DNA from: the human T2T-CHM13v2.0 reference genome, Homo sapiens
Direction: 5' to 3' (one strand)
Assembly (NCBI RefSeq): GCF_009914755.1
Contig: NC_060938.1
Length of the DNA: 64,000 bases
The notes under the pieces were generated by a model, which saw only the letters and a program-made list of their open reading frames with translations, had not been told where the DNA came from and ran no database searches. The translations under genes were made by a program, and so were the position numbers. Shown in pieces: positions 14,983 to 27,837 of this stretch (positions within the stretch are counted from its first letter, which is position 1; each line of letters begins with the position of its first letter).

Positions 14983-15320
14983 TAGGTTAAGTATCCCTTA
15001 TCTGAAATGTTTGGGAGCAGAGTGTTTTGGCTTTTGGCTTCTGGAATATTTGCATATATATAATGAGACATTTTGGGGATGGGACACAAGTCTAAACATG
15101 AAGTTCATTTATGTTTCATATATACCTTATACACATAATCTGAAGGTAGTCTTAAACAATATTTTAAATGCTTTCGTGCATGAAATGAAGTTTGTGTATA
15201 TAGAATGATAAGAAAGCAAGGGTGTGACTACCTCAGCCATCCATGTGGTGTCCTGTCGGTATTCAAAGAGTTTTGAATTTTGGAGCACTTCAGATTTTTG
15301 AATTAGAGATGCTTGACCTG
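14983..15320. mobile_element. Tigger4b/MER46-type Tc1-mariner element
   Basis: TIRs taggttaagtatccct / agagatgcttgacctg. Confidence 0.85.
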
Positions 15321-15321
15321 C

Positions 15322-15639
15322 ATAAGGAATCATAAGGTATGGAACTTTTAGTTTTAGTAACCAAAGCTTTGGCAGGAAGGCATTTTCAAATTGATGTATG
15401 TTGCTGGCCACTATTAACATTATCAATGAAGGTCAAGTTCGTTGTTCTGTTTTAAACAACTTTTGTCTCATTATCCAGTGTCCTGATTAGAAGGACCCAG
15501 AGATCTAAGTAATTAATCATATGGGCGGAAATATGGCATTCTGGAACCAAAGCATCCCCCCAGAGCATCCATGGGGCTAGGAGCCATAAACTGTAGCATG
15601 GCTGACCTAAAGCCAACAGGTGGTGATGGCTGCAAACAC
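15322..15639 (-). pseudogene. Fossil exon running into Tigger4
   Basis: Strong acceptor cttctgtatttcccctcttttcttccag|GT; phase-1 frame of about 105 codons with 2 stops (..TLDNETKVV*NRTTNLTFIDNVNSGQQHTSI*KCLPAKALVTKTKSSIPYDSL). Confidence 0.65.
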
Positions 15640-15699
15640 CTGGAAGAAAAGAGGGGAAATACAGAAGATGGGGGATAAAGGAAAAATAAAGCCAAATGT

Positions 15700-16040
15700 C
15701 CAGTGATGAGGGGACTGAGGGAATAAATGATGGTATATTCTTATGTTGAAAATACCTAGTAGCCTGTAAGAATTATATTTTAAATGTTTATATTCATGGA
15801 AAGATTCATAATATATTGCCTGGCAAGAAAAGCATGATGTTTTATAAGAGTATGATTCCACTTTTAAAAATAAAATACATGAATATGTATAAATATTAAT
15901 ATAACATTCTCAAAGATAGCTCTGAAAATACAAAAAAAAAGTTATCTCTGGGGGGTGGGGTGATGAATCATGGTTGATTTACCTTCTTTTTCTTGTTTGT
16001 GTTCTGATTTTTCTACAATGAATATGAATTACTTGTGTGG
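15700..16040 (+). mobile_element. Old L1ME 3' fragment
   Basis: gtatgattccactttt...gttatctctggg...tttttctacaatgaatatg. Confidence 0.55.
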
Positions 16041-16269
16041 AAAAACAGAAGCAGAAGGTACCTCCTGAGAGAGAAAATTATTAGTGTTGCAAGCATGTAG
16101 GCAAGGCATTTCTAGGTGCCAGGGAAATGTAGAGGAGAGAATCAGGAGCTAGAAAAACATTTTTATAACTTTTGGAAATAATATAAGACTAAACCCAACA
16201 TATGGGGAGGATTCTTAGAAGAGACAGGTCCTGGGGTGCAGTCTTAAAAGTTCCTGACTCTTTTTTAAC

Positions 16270-16370
16270 CTGCCTTTGGCAGTAGCTTCCAATTCAATTC
16301 ATTAGGTAGTTGTTTCTCCAACAGGGATATATTTTAACTTTGCTGCAATACATGTGTTCCATTATTAGAC
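16270..16370 (-). pseudogene. Fossil exon (may extend to ~16060)
   Basis: tttctatcacatttttatcag|G; the phase-2 start matches the phase-2 end of the 18518-19026 exon; SNNGTHVLQQS*NISLLEKQLPNELNWKLLPKA. Confidence 0.55.
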
Positions 16371-16542
16371 CTGATAAAAATGTGATAGAAATACGTTGCT
16401 AGGCACAAGAGCAGGTAAACAGTAGCCACTGTTCCCTACCCTGTCCCATTTTCCTAAGACAGATCATCATCTGTCCTCTGCATGAACGCAACAGCCTCCT
16501 AGTTGGGTTTTCTGCTTCTAGTGTTTTACCTCTTAAGGACAT

Positions 16543-17052
16543 TGTGCTAATTTCTTATTGCTGATGTAACAAATTACCACAAACTTAGTGGTGCAAAGGT
16601 ACACAAATTTATTATCATGCAGTTTGTGGTTCAAAAGTTCGAGACTCATCTCACTGGGATAAATCAAGATGTCAGCAGAATGGCACTTATTTCTGGAGGC
16701 TCTAGGAGAGAATCAGTTTTCTTGCCATTTCTGGCTTCTAGAGGCTGCCCACCTTCCTTGGCTCATGGCCTCTTCCTCCATCTTCAAAGTCAGCAGTAGT
16801 GGGTTGAGTTCTCATGCTGCCATTTCTCTGGTCCTTCTTATCTGATTCCCTCTGCCAGTTTTAAGAACCCTTGTGATTCCATTGGACCCATCTGGATAAT
16901 TCAGTATAATTTCCCTATTTTAAGGTCATCTGATTAGCAACCTTAATTCCATCTGCACTCTTCCCCTTTGCCATGTAACCTCTCATATCCATGGGTTCCA
17001 GGGATTAGGACATAGACATATGAAGAGAAAGGGCATTATTTTGCTTCCCATA
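16543..17052 (-). mobile_element. MLT1D LTR within L2
   Basis: gtaacaaattaccacaaacttagtgg...cttctagaggctgcccac. Confidence 0.88.
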
Positions 17053-17116
17053 GGCATCATCCAGATAGCTGCAAGGGCATTATTTTGCTTCCCATAGGCA
17101 TCATCCAGATAGCTGC
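17029..17116. repeat. Perfect 44-bp tandem duplication
   Basis: aagggcattattttgcttcccataggcatcatccagatagctgc x2. Confidence 0.98.
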
Positions 17117-17526
17117 TAGAAAAAGCTATCTGATATGCACACTTGGCCAGAACTCTGTCGTGGTGAAAACCTCCTCAAACCTCTGAGATGATTTAGTCAT
17201 CTCAAATCCTTGATACACATTTTATCACACTCTGTTTTTCTTATATCTCAGTTTTCATCTCCCCACTGCCTCTCAATTTATGCTCAGAAAGTATTGAACT
17301 GCTGGAGATTTCTGCATGCTCCAGGCCCCCCGACATACACACATTGCTGTTTCACACGCCTGTGCCTTTGCTGATGCTGGTCCTTTGGCCTCTTATTCAT
17401 CTGGTTACCATGCACCTGTTTTTCCTCCTACCTTGTTGGTTGCTTCCTCCTACCCTTTTATTTTCCTTTGCTGTTTCCCTTCTTGACCTGAATTCTAAGT
17501 GTTTCCACTGTTAAGAACTTGGTTTT

Positions 17527-17729
17527 TTAAAATTTATTTTACTTTAAGTCTTGGGATACATGTGCAAAACATGCAGGTTTGTTAATAGGTATACATGTGC
17601 CATGGTGGCTTGCTGCACCTCACCTATCAAGCTGTCATCTAGGTTTTAAGACCCACATGCATTAGGTATTTGTCCTAATGCTCTCCCTCCCCTTGTCCCC
17701 CACCCTCCAACAGGCCCCGGTGTGTGATG
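17527..17729 (-). mobile_element. L1PA (8-like) 3' terminal ~200 bp
   Basis: 14-bp TSD aagaacttggtttt at 17513 and 17730. Confidence 0.92.
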
Positions 17730-18009
17730 AAGAACTTGGTTTTAACCTTTCTTTCTGTCCTCTCTCTCTTCTTAGATGATCTCATCCATTTCCATGACTA
17801 CAACCACTCAATGATTCCCAAATTTATATCTCTAGGTCCAGGCCTGTCTCTAGAAACATTTACTGGGGTGTCCCGTCGGCACTGTAGACATTTGAGACAA
17901 TGCCATTTCAACGCAGACTTCCTCCTGATTTCTCTCACTCCCAAATTGTTGAGTTCATTCATTTGTTGAATGAATATTTATTATTCTATTCAGCCATACA
18001 AATAGTTGA

Positions 18010-18225
18010 CTTATTGATTATTTACTGGATGTGTCAGACTCTCGTTTAAGCTTTAATCTTTATAACACCGTCGTGAATTAGATACTATTCTTGTTTCCAT
18101 TTTACAGGTGAGGAAATTGAGGCCCAGAAAGTTTAAGAAGTAGCATGCCTAAATTAAAGAGCAGTAAGTGGTAGAACCAGGATGTGACCCTTTACAGTCT
18201 GACTCCAGATGCTCATAACTACTAG
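18010..18225 (-). mobile_element. MIR
   Basis: ccattttacaggtgaggaaattgaggcccaga core. Confidence 0.85.
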
Positions 18226-18517
18226 GTTAAGCAACTAAAGAGCCTCAGCCTTCAGTAAACTCTCCTCAGACCTCCAGGCTGTTGGAGGAAACCCTTCCCT
18301 GTGTCCCCCAGTCCTCTGTGCTCACTTCCAGCTTGGTAGTTTACATGTACTGATTAAACTTAGATTTGTCTCTTGCCTCCCTTTGGAGAATATGCACTGA
18401 CTTCTTCATCTTTGTTCCCTCAGCATCTAGCACAGAACCTGGCACAGTAAGCCTTGAAAAACAGAGCTTGACTGAATAAATGCTCCTGTTTTGCTTAATT
18501 ATTGTCATAAAACTCAT

Positions 18518-19026
18518 GTTCCTGCAGCAGTGGGTTCTTTTAGAACCTTCCCCTCCTGCCCGGGGTGTCACTTTGCCTCTTGAATCAGGTCTAACTCCAT
18601 TGTTCCTTATTGCAAAGGCCATGAGCCACTTCCTCAACCTGACAGCACCTGAAATTATCCTGCCAGGAGCCTTCTGTTACTAATCATAAGCAAGGGGACC
18701 ACTTTCCCAGTCTCAGTCTCTGTAGCAGGAAACTTCAGTGTTTCTGTTACATTCATAACCTTAGCTCTGGAGGCAGTGTTGATGTTTAATTTCATGTCTG
18801 CCCTATCTATGTATTCATTCTCAGTTCTTTCCTTAGAGGTCTATATTCCATATTGACTGGTGTCACCTGGGGTTGTGAGCTTCTGCTCTGAGCCCTGGTA
18901 GCTTTGTTGACTTAGAGTAAAGGGCTCAGGAGCCACAGAAGAACCATTTTGTTTGGCCTCTTCTGTTTCAACATTGTCTAACTCAAGCCAGCTACACTGC
19001 TAGTTGTCATTAGTCACATGGAGAAC
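18518..19026 (-). pseudogene. Fossil exon (509 nt), both splice sites mutated
   Basis: ctctctcttgctGG|GTT...GGAAC|Atgagt; about 125 codons with 2 stops: WLELDNVETEEAKQNGSSVAPEPFTLSQQSYQGSEQKLTTPGDTSQYGI*TSKERTENEYIDRADMKLNINTASRAKVMNVTETLKFPATETETGK. Confidence 0.75.
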
Positions 19027-19124
19027 CCAGCAAGAGAGAGTGGACAGGTAGCAGGCTGTCACCTATGGGGCAAACACCTCAAAGCACATGCCCTATTGGA
19101 AGTGGGATGAAAGAGCCAGTAATA

Positions 19125-19310
19125 GTGCAGTGATTAAGAGACAGGACTTGGCAGCAGACAGACCTGGTTTCAAGTCTTAGCTTCAATAAAATACTAGCTG
19201 TTTTACCCCAAGCAAGTACTTCTATGAGCTTTTTCCCTGGCTTTAAAGTGGGCCCAGGGTTCTTATGTCTAAAATGAGAGTATCTGGCACATATTTAATT
19301 GTCAATGCTA
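19125..19310 (+). mobile_element. MIR
   Basis: gcagtgattaagag...cagacagacctggtttcaagtc. Confidence 0.7.
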
Positions 19311-19383
19311 CAGTCTCAAAAGAAAGAGCACACTTAGGGCTCAACTTAGTGCCTTGTGTAAAGAGAAAAGAAATGCTTTATAA

Positions 19384-19974
19384 GCAGCGTGGTGATTCCT
19401 CAAAGAGCTAGACACAGAGCTACCATTCCACCTAGCAATCCTATTACTGGGTATATACCCAAAGAAATAGAAATCATTCTACCATAAAGTCACATGCATG
19501 TGTCTGTTCATTGCAGCACTATTCGCAATAGTAAAGACATGGAATCAACCTAAATGCCCATCAATGGCAGATTGGATAAAGAAAATGTGGTCCATATACA
19601 TCATGGAATACTACGCAGCCATAAAAAGAATGAGATCATGTCCTTTTCAGGAACATGGATGGAGCTGGAGTCCATTATCCTTAGCAAATTAACTCAGGAA
19701 CAGAAAACCAAATACTGCATCTTCTCACTTATAAGTGGGAGCTAAATAATGAGAACTCATGGACACAAACAGGGAAACAACAGGTACTGGAGCCCACTTG
19801 AGGGTAGAGAGTAGGAGGAGGGAAAAGATCAGGAAAAATAACTATTGGGTACTAGGCTTAGTACTTGAGTGATGAAATAATCTATACAACAAACCCCTGT
19901 GACTTGCATTTACTTACCTTGAATTTACAAACTTGTACATGTGCCCCTGAACCTAAAATTAAAGTAAAAAAAAA
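19384..19974 (+). mobile_element. L1PA13-16-like 3' end
   Basis: ORF2 C-terminus and 3' UTR; TSD aaatg(c/g)tttataa. Confidence 0.92.
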
Positions 19975-20036
19975 TGGTTTATAAATTTGCATGGGTAGCA
20001 ATGAAACTAGTGTTACAAAGAAGTGGACTATTTGTA

Positions 20037-20346
<310 letters not shown>

Positions 20347-20349
20347 CTA

Positions 20350-21303
20350 TTTGTATACTATTCTTTCTGCTCATTATGGCAGGCTGGAAGAGAATGGCTC
20401 TTATAAATATTATGTAGAAAATTATTAGGGCAACAAAAGAATATTCCAATTATTTGGGCTACAAATTATGGAACTATGGCACCAAACTCATTCATAAGAA
20501 GTAGATCAATACAACTTAACAACTCTCTCTCTCTACCTTTTTTAGCAGAATTATTCATCACTTTCTTATTATGTAAAATGGCAATGATGAAGACTACTTA
20601 ATATAAATAGTGTATAGATTAAATAAATTCACTGTATCAGTTAGGACTAAATTCAGCCATGTGGCTTGACTTGCATTGTTCTTGGTGATAAATTGTATTG
20701 ATTTCTACTGCTTGGTTTATTACAGAATCAAGCAACCATTCCAGGAACCCCAAACCTCTCTTCCCCAAATCTCTTATTTCCTGACCTCACCACTAGATGA
20801 CAATCCCTTCCTGTGTTTTGGCCAGTGAGCGAGCGGAAACATTTCAAGCTGTTTGTTTTACAGTTGTTTCCAAATAGGCGCCCTAGTAATATCTGGAGAG
20901 AAACTTTATTTATAGCCTCTAAACATCCTACTGAAGTTATTGGGACGTAGTACAGTGAAATGTCTGTGCCAGACAAATGGAAATGAATTTTGAGTTTAGG
21001 GGTTTGACTGTTACAACTTAATTATCTAGTATTTGGTTTTTTAAAAAAAAGTTCTTGAAAATCATGCTGTCATGTCTTTATAAAGATTCAAAACCAACAT
21101 ATTATTAGCAGGAATTTGACCTCCCTTCAAAACCATGTTGACAAAAATGATTATAAGACTACATTCTTCATTAAGATCACAATTAATGTATTTTGTGACT
21201 GCTGTCAGTCTTTTTTGTTTGCAGAAATGAATAGTTTCCCTTAAAAGGTAAATCTCAGGCGAAGTTAATACAAAGTGCTATACATGAAAGATTACTATCT
21301 ATG
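20350..21303 (-). pseudogene. Fossil exon containing the 117-bp duplicated insert
   Basis: Acceptor ctccatatccctttcctttcatcctgattcag|catag; DLPFKGNYSFLQTKKTDSSHK; ORF 20728-20976 (EAINKVSLQILLGRLFGNNCKTNSLKCFRSLTGQNTG). Confidence 0.5.
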
Positions 21304-22081
21304 CTGAATCAGGATGAAAGGAAAGGGATATGGAGACACTGAAATTATTTTGACATTAAAGTTGAAGTGGTGAGTCTTGCATAGTAGACAGTCCCTTTAA
21401 ATGACTGTTTTTGATGAACTTGGTTACTCCCAGCACTGTGCTAGGGGGCATGGAGAGATACAAAAGGTGGGGTTAAATTGGGTGAAGTTTATTTATTGAG
21501 ATTATTAAACCAAATCACCCCAGAGCCCCTAATGGTTGGCAGGTCTCTGAGATTATTTGAGGGTATATGAGACCTTGGAGCCAAGATAATCCCTGGGTGT
21601 CAGCACATTAGGATATGTAAGGTTTAGAGTTGTCTTTCAGATGAAATTGTTAAGCAAGGCTTGGAAACTTCATTGCAGTTTAACCAGAGAGTAGAAGTGT
21701 TTGTAGCAGCAGCAGCAATTTAGGATGTAAACAACTAGTGTGTTATGAATTCAGAACGAGGGTGTATTTCCTTTTCATTATTAAATCAATTACCTGAATG
21801 AAATCTTGGTTCGAGTACCTACCCCTCAAAATTCTGTATAAAAACCTTTGATGACAATCTAGTTAGTGCTATCGGCTACATATTGCACCAACTTGTGCTT
21901 CTTTTTTTCTCATACTACCATGTTTTTCTTTCCCTGTATGAAACCCTCTTGCTTATGAGAGACCTAGCAGAAATATTCCTCAGTTTCTTATTATGTAAAA
22001 TGGCAATGATGAACAGTACCTAATACAAATAGTGTATGGATTAAATAAATTTGCTGTATCAGTTAGGATTAAATTCAGCCA
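20543..22081 (+). repeat. Dispersed 117-bp direct repeat (20543-20659 and 21965-22081)
   Basis: Ungapped alignment, 11 mismatches. Confidence 0.95.
21518..21963 (-). pseudogene. Fossil exon (donor at either 21794 or ~21518)
   Basis: atatttctgctag|GT; ARGFHTGKEKHGSMRKKEAQVGAICSR; IAAAATNTSTLWLNCNEVSKPCLTISSERQ; APRSHIPSNNLRDLPTIRGSG. Confidence 0.5.
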
Positions 22082-22437
22082 CAAGTGACAGACAACCCCA
22101 AATTATGGTGCCTTTAACCATTAGTTTATTTCTCTATCATGTAAGCAAAGTTCACAGGCACTTTAGTTTTGGGTGATTGTGTTAGCTTCTTGATCCTTAG
22201 GGACCCAGGCTGCTTCTGTCTCATTGCTTCACCATCTTTAACACATCTCAAAGTTGCCTATAAAACGTACACTTGCATCTCATTTGCCAATCCTTAGTTA
22301 TATGGTTTCATCCAGTTGTTAGAGGTGCTGGGAAGCGCCCTCTTGATTTGGCACAGCCATTGGCATAGCTAAATGCTGGTTGTTCTATTCCTAAGGAAGA
22401 AGGACAGAATAAACACTGGGGGGCAGTCTCTGGCACG
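22055..22437 (-). mobile_element. MLT1J-like LTR
   Basis: tgtatcagttagg...gttctattcctaaggaagaagg...cagtctctggcac. Confidence 0.7.
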
Positions 22438-23041
22438 GTAACCTAGCATAGATTCTGACGGTAAGATGCTCTTCGATTGCTTTTTCAATTCTCTTCCTTC
22501 CCTCTTTCCCTCCTTTCAGCTATTTACACCTGGGATGGGTCTTTATGCTGAGGTTGGAAAGTGTTAAGCCTGAAAAGAGAGCTTTTTGGCAGTAAGAAAG
22601 GAATTCCTGTGGCCAGTTTTAGTTAATTTGTGACTGTAGAGGAAAATCTTGGCATAGATTAGTATCAAATCATGTGTTGTGCAAAGAGTGTCCAACGTGG
22701 ACACAAAATGGTGTATTAGCATTTGCTTTTAAGTAGCTAATTATATTCTTAGCATTAAAATGTAGAAAACAAATACTTTTCAAGATTACTTCAGAAACTA
22801 GCATTGCTTAGTCTCATTGTAATTAATGTACAAAAAAGGGGGTTTCTTCTCTAAGATTTTTAGAAATGCATACACAGTTTTCCTTGTACAGAGAACATGT
22901 GTTCTCTTATGAAAATTTCCTGGTTAGGCTTTATTTTGACCATCTTTCACGTTTTGGCCTTATTTTCTTCTAACATCTTATGATGCAATGATTATGTTCC
23001 TCTCCCTTTTCACCTAAATTGAATAAATCAGAATCTCTTAC

Positions 23042-23095
23042 CTTGAAGGTGAGAGAGAATTCCTGGAAGAATTATCTGAAAGCTGTGTGTGGGGC
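23042..23095 (-). pseudogene. Fossil small exon (54 nt)
   Basis: gttgtgtgtag|GCCCC...TCAAG|gtaaga; 54 nt, stop-free in phase 1 and phase 2. Confidence 0.5.
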
Positions 23096-23939
23096 CTACA
23101 CACAACTGGTGGTATTTTTCCCTCAAGGAAAAGGTGGAGATTTCACAAGAATGTAAAAGCCAAAGGAAAACTTGGAAAATCTAAGACCAGGGTCATGGTT
23201 CAGATTGTGTAAGACCACTGTGTAAACTCTGTGAAGGCAGAGACTTCTTCTGCCTTAAACCTGGCTGTATGTCTGGATTATGCTTGGTACATGACATGCT
23301 GTCAATAACAATATATGGTCTAAATGAATAAATGGTCACCAGGAATGGTGAGTGCTATGACTTAGCAGCATATGTGTGGGAGATATCGGGGTTTCATAGA
23401 CTGAGAACTCAATAGAAGTCAAGTTGTGACTTCCAAAAAAATCTAGACATTAGATGCTAGAAGGAATTTGCTTTCTTAGGGCTAAAAATAAGGTTTACTC
23501 AGCCCAAATTAATGCAGAGTCAAAGTTAGAGTATGTGTTCTGTCTGGTTGAAACTCATGGGAAACACAGTGTTTAGTTTTTATTGCCACCCCTATGAAGG
23601 ACATAGACAGACATATGAATATAGTTTAGTCTGGATTCTTGCATCTTCTCTGCAACACCCTTAGCTAGTGAGAGTTCAGTCTCTGTATGGGGAATGAGTG
23701 ATGGGGGAACTCACTTCAAGGCATGCTCCTTCATTTTCTAGAACATTCTGCTTCTGTGCTTTGGGAAGAAACTCACATGACCAGGAGAATAAGAGTGTAA
23801 AAATCATGTTTAATTAAGGTCAGTTGGAAGGACAGCACCTTGGACTCTTTAAAGAGCTATAATGTGAAAGAGATACTGCTTTTCTGTATTGGTCTCGTGG
23901 GAGAATTGGACTGAGGCAGTGGCCAGATATTACCTCTGA

Positions 23940-24140
23940 AGTGGAAATTCTTAACTTGGACTTTGAGGAACTCAAAGGGCTTTTTAGGTGAATTTTAAGG
24001 GGACATGAATACATTCTATGAATATATTTACACAATTTCGTTTGTGTGGCCCCTCCCCCTCACCCCCCACCCTGCCAGTAGAGGGTTCAGGGCTTTCAGT
24101 TTCAGAGGGTGTCCTTAGCTCCAGAGATAAAAACTACTAT
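23940..24140 (+). mobile_element. Short hAT-Charlie derivative (Charlie15a-like)
   Basis: ttcttaacttgg...gagggttcagggctttcag...aaaactacta. Confidence 0.45.
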
Positions 24141-24412
24141 TGTGGGGTCTTCTGTAACTCTGAGTTTCTATGCTTTTTAAAAACATGTACAAAAATAAAA
24201 TACTAGTTTTCTTTTTTACTTAGGTGAAATAGACTAATTAGTAATCCTGTAACAAAGACTCAGCTGTAATTATAGGACTCCTCCTGTATGAAACAGGAAA
24301 ATTAAAAATCTGTTACAACTCAGCAACAGTGGTCCTTCATCCCACATAACTTCACTTTTTTAGTGTTCACAGAGTAACAGCCCAGCTATTGCCTCTGGCT
24401 TCACAGTTTTAC

Positions 24413-24644
24413 CTATGCAAAAGCAGTGATTTTTAGCTTCTGTGACCCTCTTGGTTTTAAATTCCAGGAAGCATGACTTCATCTCAGCCTGAGGCTCTAT
24501 AAAGCTATTCAGTGAAAAAATGAGTGATGAATACTTGGGAAGTAATCTATTTTTATTCCAGGTTACGATATTCACAGGAGACTAGGCATTTTGTCTTCAT
24601 CAGCATCCCAGCTGTGATCCTGCACTGGCTATTTATTGTAGGAG
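24413..24644 (-). pseudogene. Fossil exon (232 nt)
   Basis: ctttctcttatttgtgcctaaag|...ATAG|gtaaaa; NSFIEPQAEMKSCFLEFKTKRVTEAKNHCFCI. Confidence 0.55.
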
Positions 24645-25006
24645 CTTTAGGCACAAATAAGAGAAAGCACTTTTTTTATTAACCAAAATATTTATGGCCA
24701 GAGTCTGAGTTTAGTCAGGGCAGCAAATTACATCTGTTCCCTAAAGGGAATAATTACTTACAGTTTGACAGCAAATGAATAATAATTTGCAGCAAATTTA
24801 TCAGGATGATAATTTTTTTTCCATAAAGACAGAACTAATAATGCCATTGAACAGGTGGTTATGTGTTTTTTAAAAAATGATTAAATTATTAAGGCAGAAG
24901 GTTGTAATAGCTATCATGGTGAGTCAGACCAGTTTCTCTACCTCCTCGTTAGCAAACATTCCTTTGGTGAGTCTCACACTCAAGTAAGCAGCTGGCTTTC
25001 CTTTAC

Positions 25007-25550
25007 CCCTGCTAGGTGGGAACTGCAGTTTTGCACAGTTGGGGTACGTATTATTAACTCCAAGGAGAGCAAGAAGTCATTATGACTTAGAGTTAGAAAA
25101 AAGTTAATAACCTAGTGTCAGAAGGGGAGGTGGAGGTGCTTTTCCAGGAAGTACTAGGTAGCCTCAATTGAATCAACTTTCTCAAGGAAATATCATGCCT
25201 GGTTTAACTTGCTTTGCAGTCGTGAAAGTTCCAGAGAGCTGGGTAAGTTGGTTGTTCTGAACAGTCCTCAGGCTAACTTTGATATTCTGAGGGAAGGGGC
25301 TAGTTTACTTTGAAAATAGTACAAGAACTGTAATAGGTGTAAGTTTGATATTTAACCTATTTGTTTTCTCTTAAATTGAGACTTCTGTTGTTGCATGTTC
25401 AAACCCCTTATGGATCTGTATCATACGAGTTCACCTGAGTGTTATAGAAAATGGAGGGGTTGAAAGGCGGAGCTAGACAGAGGCTAGAGGTGGGAAGGTG
25501 GGGAAGGGATGTTGACTGGAGCTGCAGTGGAATTGATTTGCTTTGTCCTC
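25007..25550 (-). pseudogene. Fossil exon
   Basis: Acceptor gtccattcctatctcttag|GA, phase 1: GQSKSIPLQLQSTSLPHLPTSSLCLAPPFNPSIFYNTQVNSYDTDP; later TSPFPQNIKVSLRTVQNNQLTQLSG; candidate donor GGG|gtaaag. Confidence 0.6.
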
Positions 25551-25843
25551 CTAAGAGATAGGAATGGACATCAGGGGCACTTACTTAAAGAAAGTAGGTG
25601 CTAGAAATCTGTTTGCTGAGGAACAATTGGCAGGAAAAAAGGACATAACTGAAATTTTGCTCTCTTGTTCTTGTTTTCAGCTTTTAACATAGTCTTGACC
25701 TTGGCATATATGTCTTTGAGCTAAGTGAGCTTATGTAAAGCTTCCTTTTTGTGTGTCTGAATACCTAGTCCAGAGAGGGTGTGTAGAAGGATTAGTGATC
25801 TCTAGTCATCAGAAATCCCATGGCAACATGATCAGGCATTTAC

Positions 25844-27118
25844 CTGATAATTTTATACCTAGGTGAGAAGCCCAGTCTTCTGGGATTGGCAGAAACAGAC
25901 AGTGGCAATTACATTTTGTTCTCATTTACAGAGCTTGCTTCTTTGCTATTAGAGGGGCTTAAGTCTGTAGATATCGGCTACTCTTCTGTTCATAAGCACA
26001 CCGGAGGTGTCTGGTTATTTTTTAAATAACCTGGGTTAAGAACTGAGCATTACTTCCTTTTGAGGCTAGGGCATAACACACAGCTTGTTCTCAGGAACAC
26101 GATAATGAGGATAAGTACATAAATATGGATAAAAGCACGTCCCAAAGCACCATCTCCTGCAGGAAGAAAGGTGATTTAGTAGGCACAAGCCTGACACTTC
26201 TTGTGTGCATAGTCATTAGTGACAACCTGTGTGCAGGGGAAAATTCACTTTGTACCATGGAGCAAGAACATTGCTAAATATCTATGAAAAATCCTCATGC
26301 TAAACACATTTCTGGTGGTTCACCTCTTCAGCACTGGCTTAGTTCAGTTTTTCTCTCCATTTTGAGGCCCAAAGGAAGAGTGATCCGGGGATTACTAGTA
26401 AAGACAGTTCAGGCTGTTTTGATGTAGTCAGTTCATCTAGCTATGCTCAGTGCATCTCTGTAACAGCTGGTGGAGCAGCTTCTGTGAAATTTGTTGGTCA
26501 AGGCTGCTCACTAACCCCTCGGGTTTGGCCGACTAGAAAAACCCTGTTGGAGTCGCTGGAGGTTTGAGTTGTTTAAATTTTATGAAATACAATTCTAGGT
26601 GTTTATAAAGTTTCACACAGAGAGATGGACAGGAACAGAGAAAAGTGTTTATGTTGTTTGTAGGGGAGGATGCGTACAAGTCAGGTGAAGAGGAGAGATT
26701 CACAAAAAGATGTGCAAGGGATATTAACCTGGCGGTCGTGCCTAGCAACACCCCGCTGCCTCTTTCTGGATTTTAAATGTTTCACGGAAGAATACTTGTT
26801 TAAGCAGTAGTTGGGCAAAACCAAAATTGATAAAACTTTTTTCTTTTGCCTTTGATCCGTGAATTTACAGTGAAGGCATGTCTGAAATATCTTAGATGTT
26901 TGTTTCTACTGCATTGCTGGAGCATTGATGTCTCTGGAGAATGTGTTGTGAGAAGCTGAGTTTGGGTAATCAAATTGGTTTTCTTATTTTTCTCTATGCA
27001 TGTTTCTAAAAGGGTAATATCATAGCAAAGGAGTTTCAAAATTTGTTATCAGGGTGATTGAAAACTTTTGATGGCTTAAATATGGTTTTAAATGTTGCTC
27101 AATTGCCTTTTTTTAAAA
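25844..27118 (-). pseudogene. Fossil large exon
   Basis: Acceptor cttgcccactctttcag| at 27118; candidate donor CAG|gtaaat at 25844; TNLITQTQLLTTHSPETSMLQQ, PTNFTEAAPPAVTEMH*A*LDELTTSKQPELSLL. Confidence 0.6.
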
Positions 27119-27837
27119 CTGAAAGAGTGGGCAAGACCGCTGAAATAGAGTGTAGCCTTTGCATAATCACATAGTTCACTAGGTCAATTTGTATATAAGG
27201 CAGTTACATGGTGTGCTTAGGTCACAGAAGTACTTTAAAACTATGGAAACATAAGGCACTTTTCCCTATGGCTTTAATTGAGCAAGGAAGGGGCCAGCTT
27301 GCTTAATCCACCTTGAGAATAATCCTTCCTGACCCATGTGGTGCTCACATCTTATCTAGGGCTTCTAAACCTGTGGATGCTGAGTACAAGATGCTTATAT
27401 TCATAAAGGCAGGCTTTTCTGTTCTTTCCATGTGATTCATACTAGAGCAGATGGCTTGATCTGCTCCTATCTCTCACTTCATCCATGAGTTTTATGCCGC
27501 TGTCTCCTATTTCTTTTTCTCCAGCCAGTCCTCCCTCCAGACCACCTGTTCACAGAGCCGTGTGTACCCAGACATCCCATGAGCACCTCTGGTTCTGCAT
27601 GTGTATCACATTATCTCCCTCTCTCACCTGGTCCTTTGCATGTGTTCCCGGTCTCTGTGAGGGGTCACAGCTGTCACCTGGCAGCTAGGCTGCAAGTCAC
27701 TTTCCATATCTGACCACCACCAAATCCTAGAAGTTTCAACCTTAACATCTGTTGGAACTGCCTTCTCCACCCCTTCCCTTTGGCCATTGCCATCCTTCTG
27801 GCTCTCATCTGGATCACTGTAATAATTTTTAAATGGT

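Noticed and set aside
17029-17116. CRISPR-like or other prokaryotic repeat array
   Set aside because: Only two adjacent copies with no spacer, in clearly primate DNA.
21225-21247. + strand 23-nt micro-exon (tttgcag|...AAG|gtaaat)
   Set aside because: Not frame-preserving, has no partner exons, and lies within a minus-strand coding-like block.
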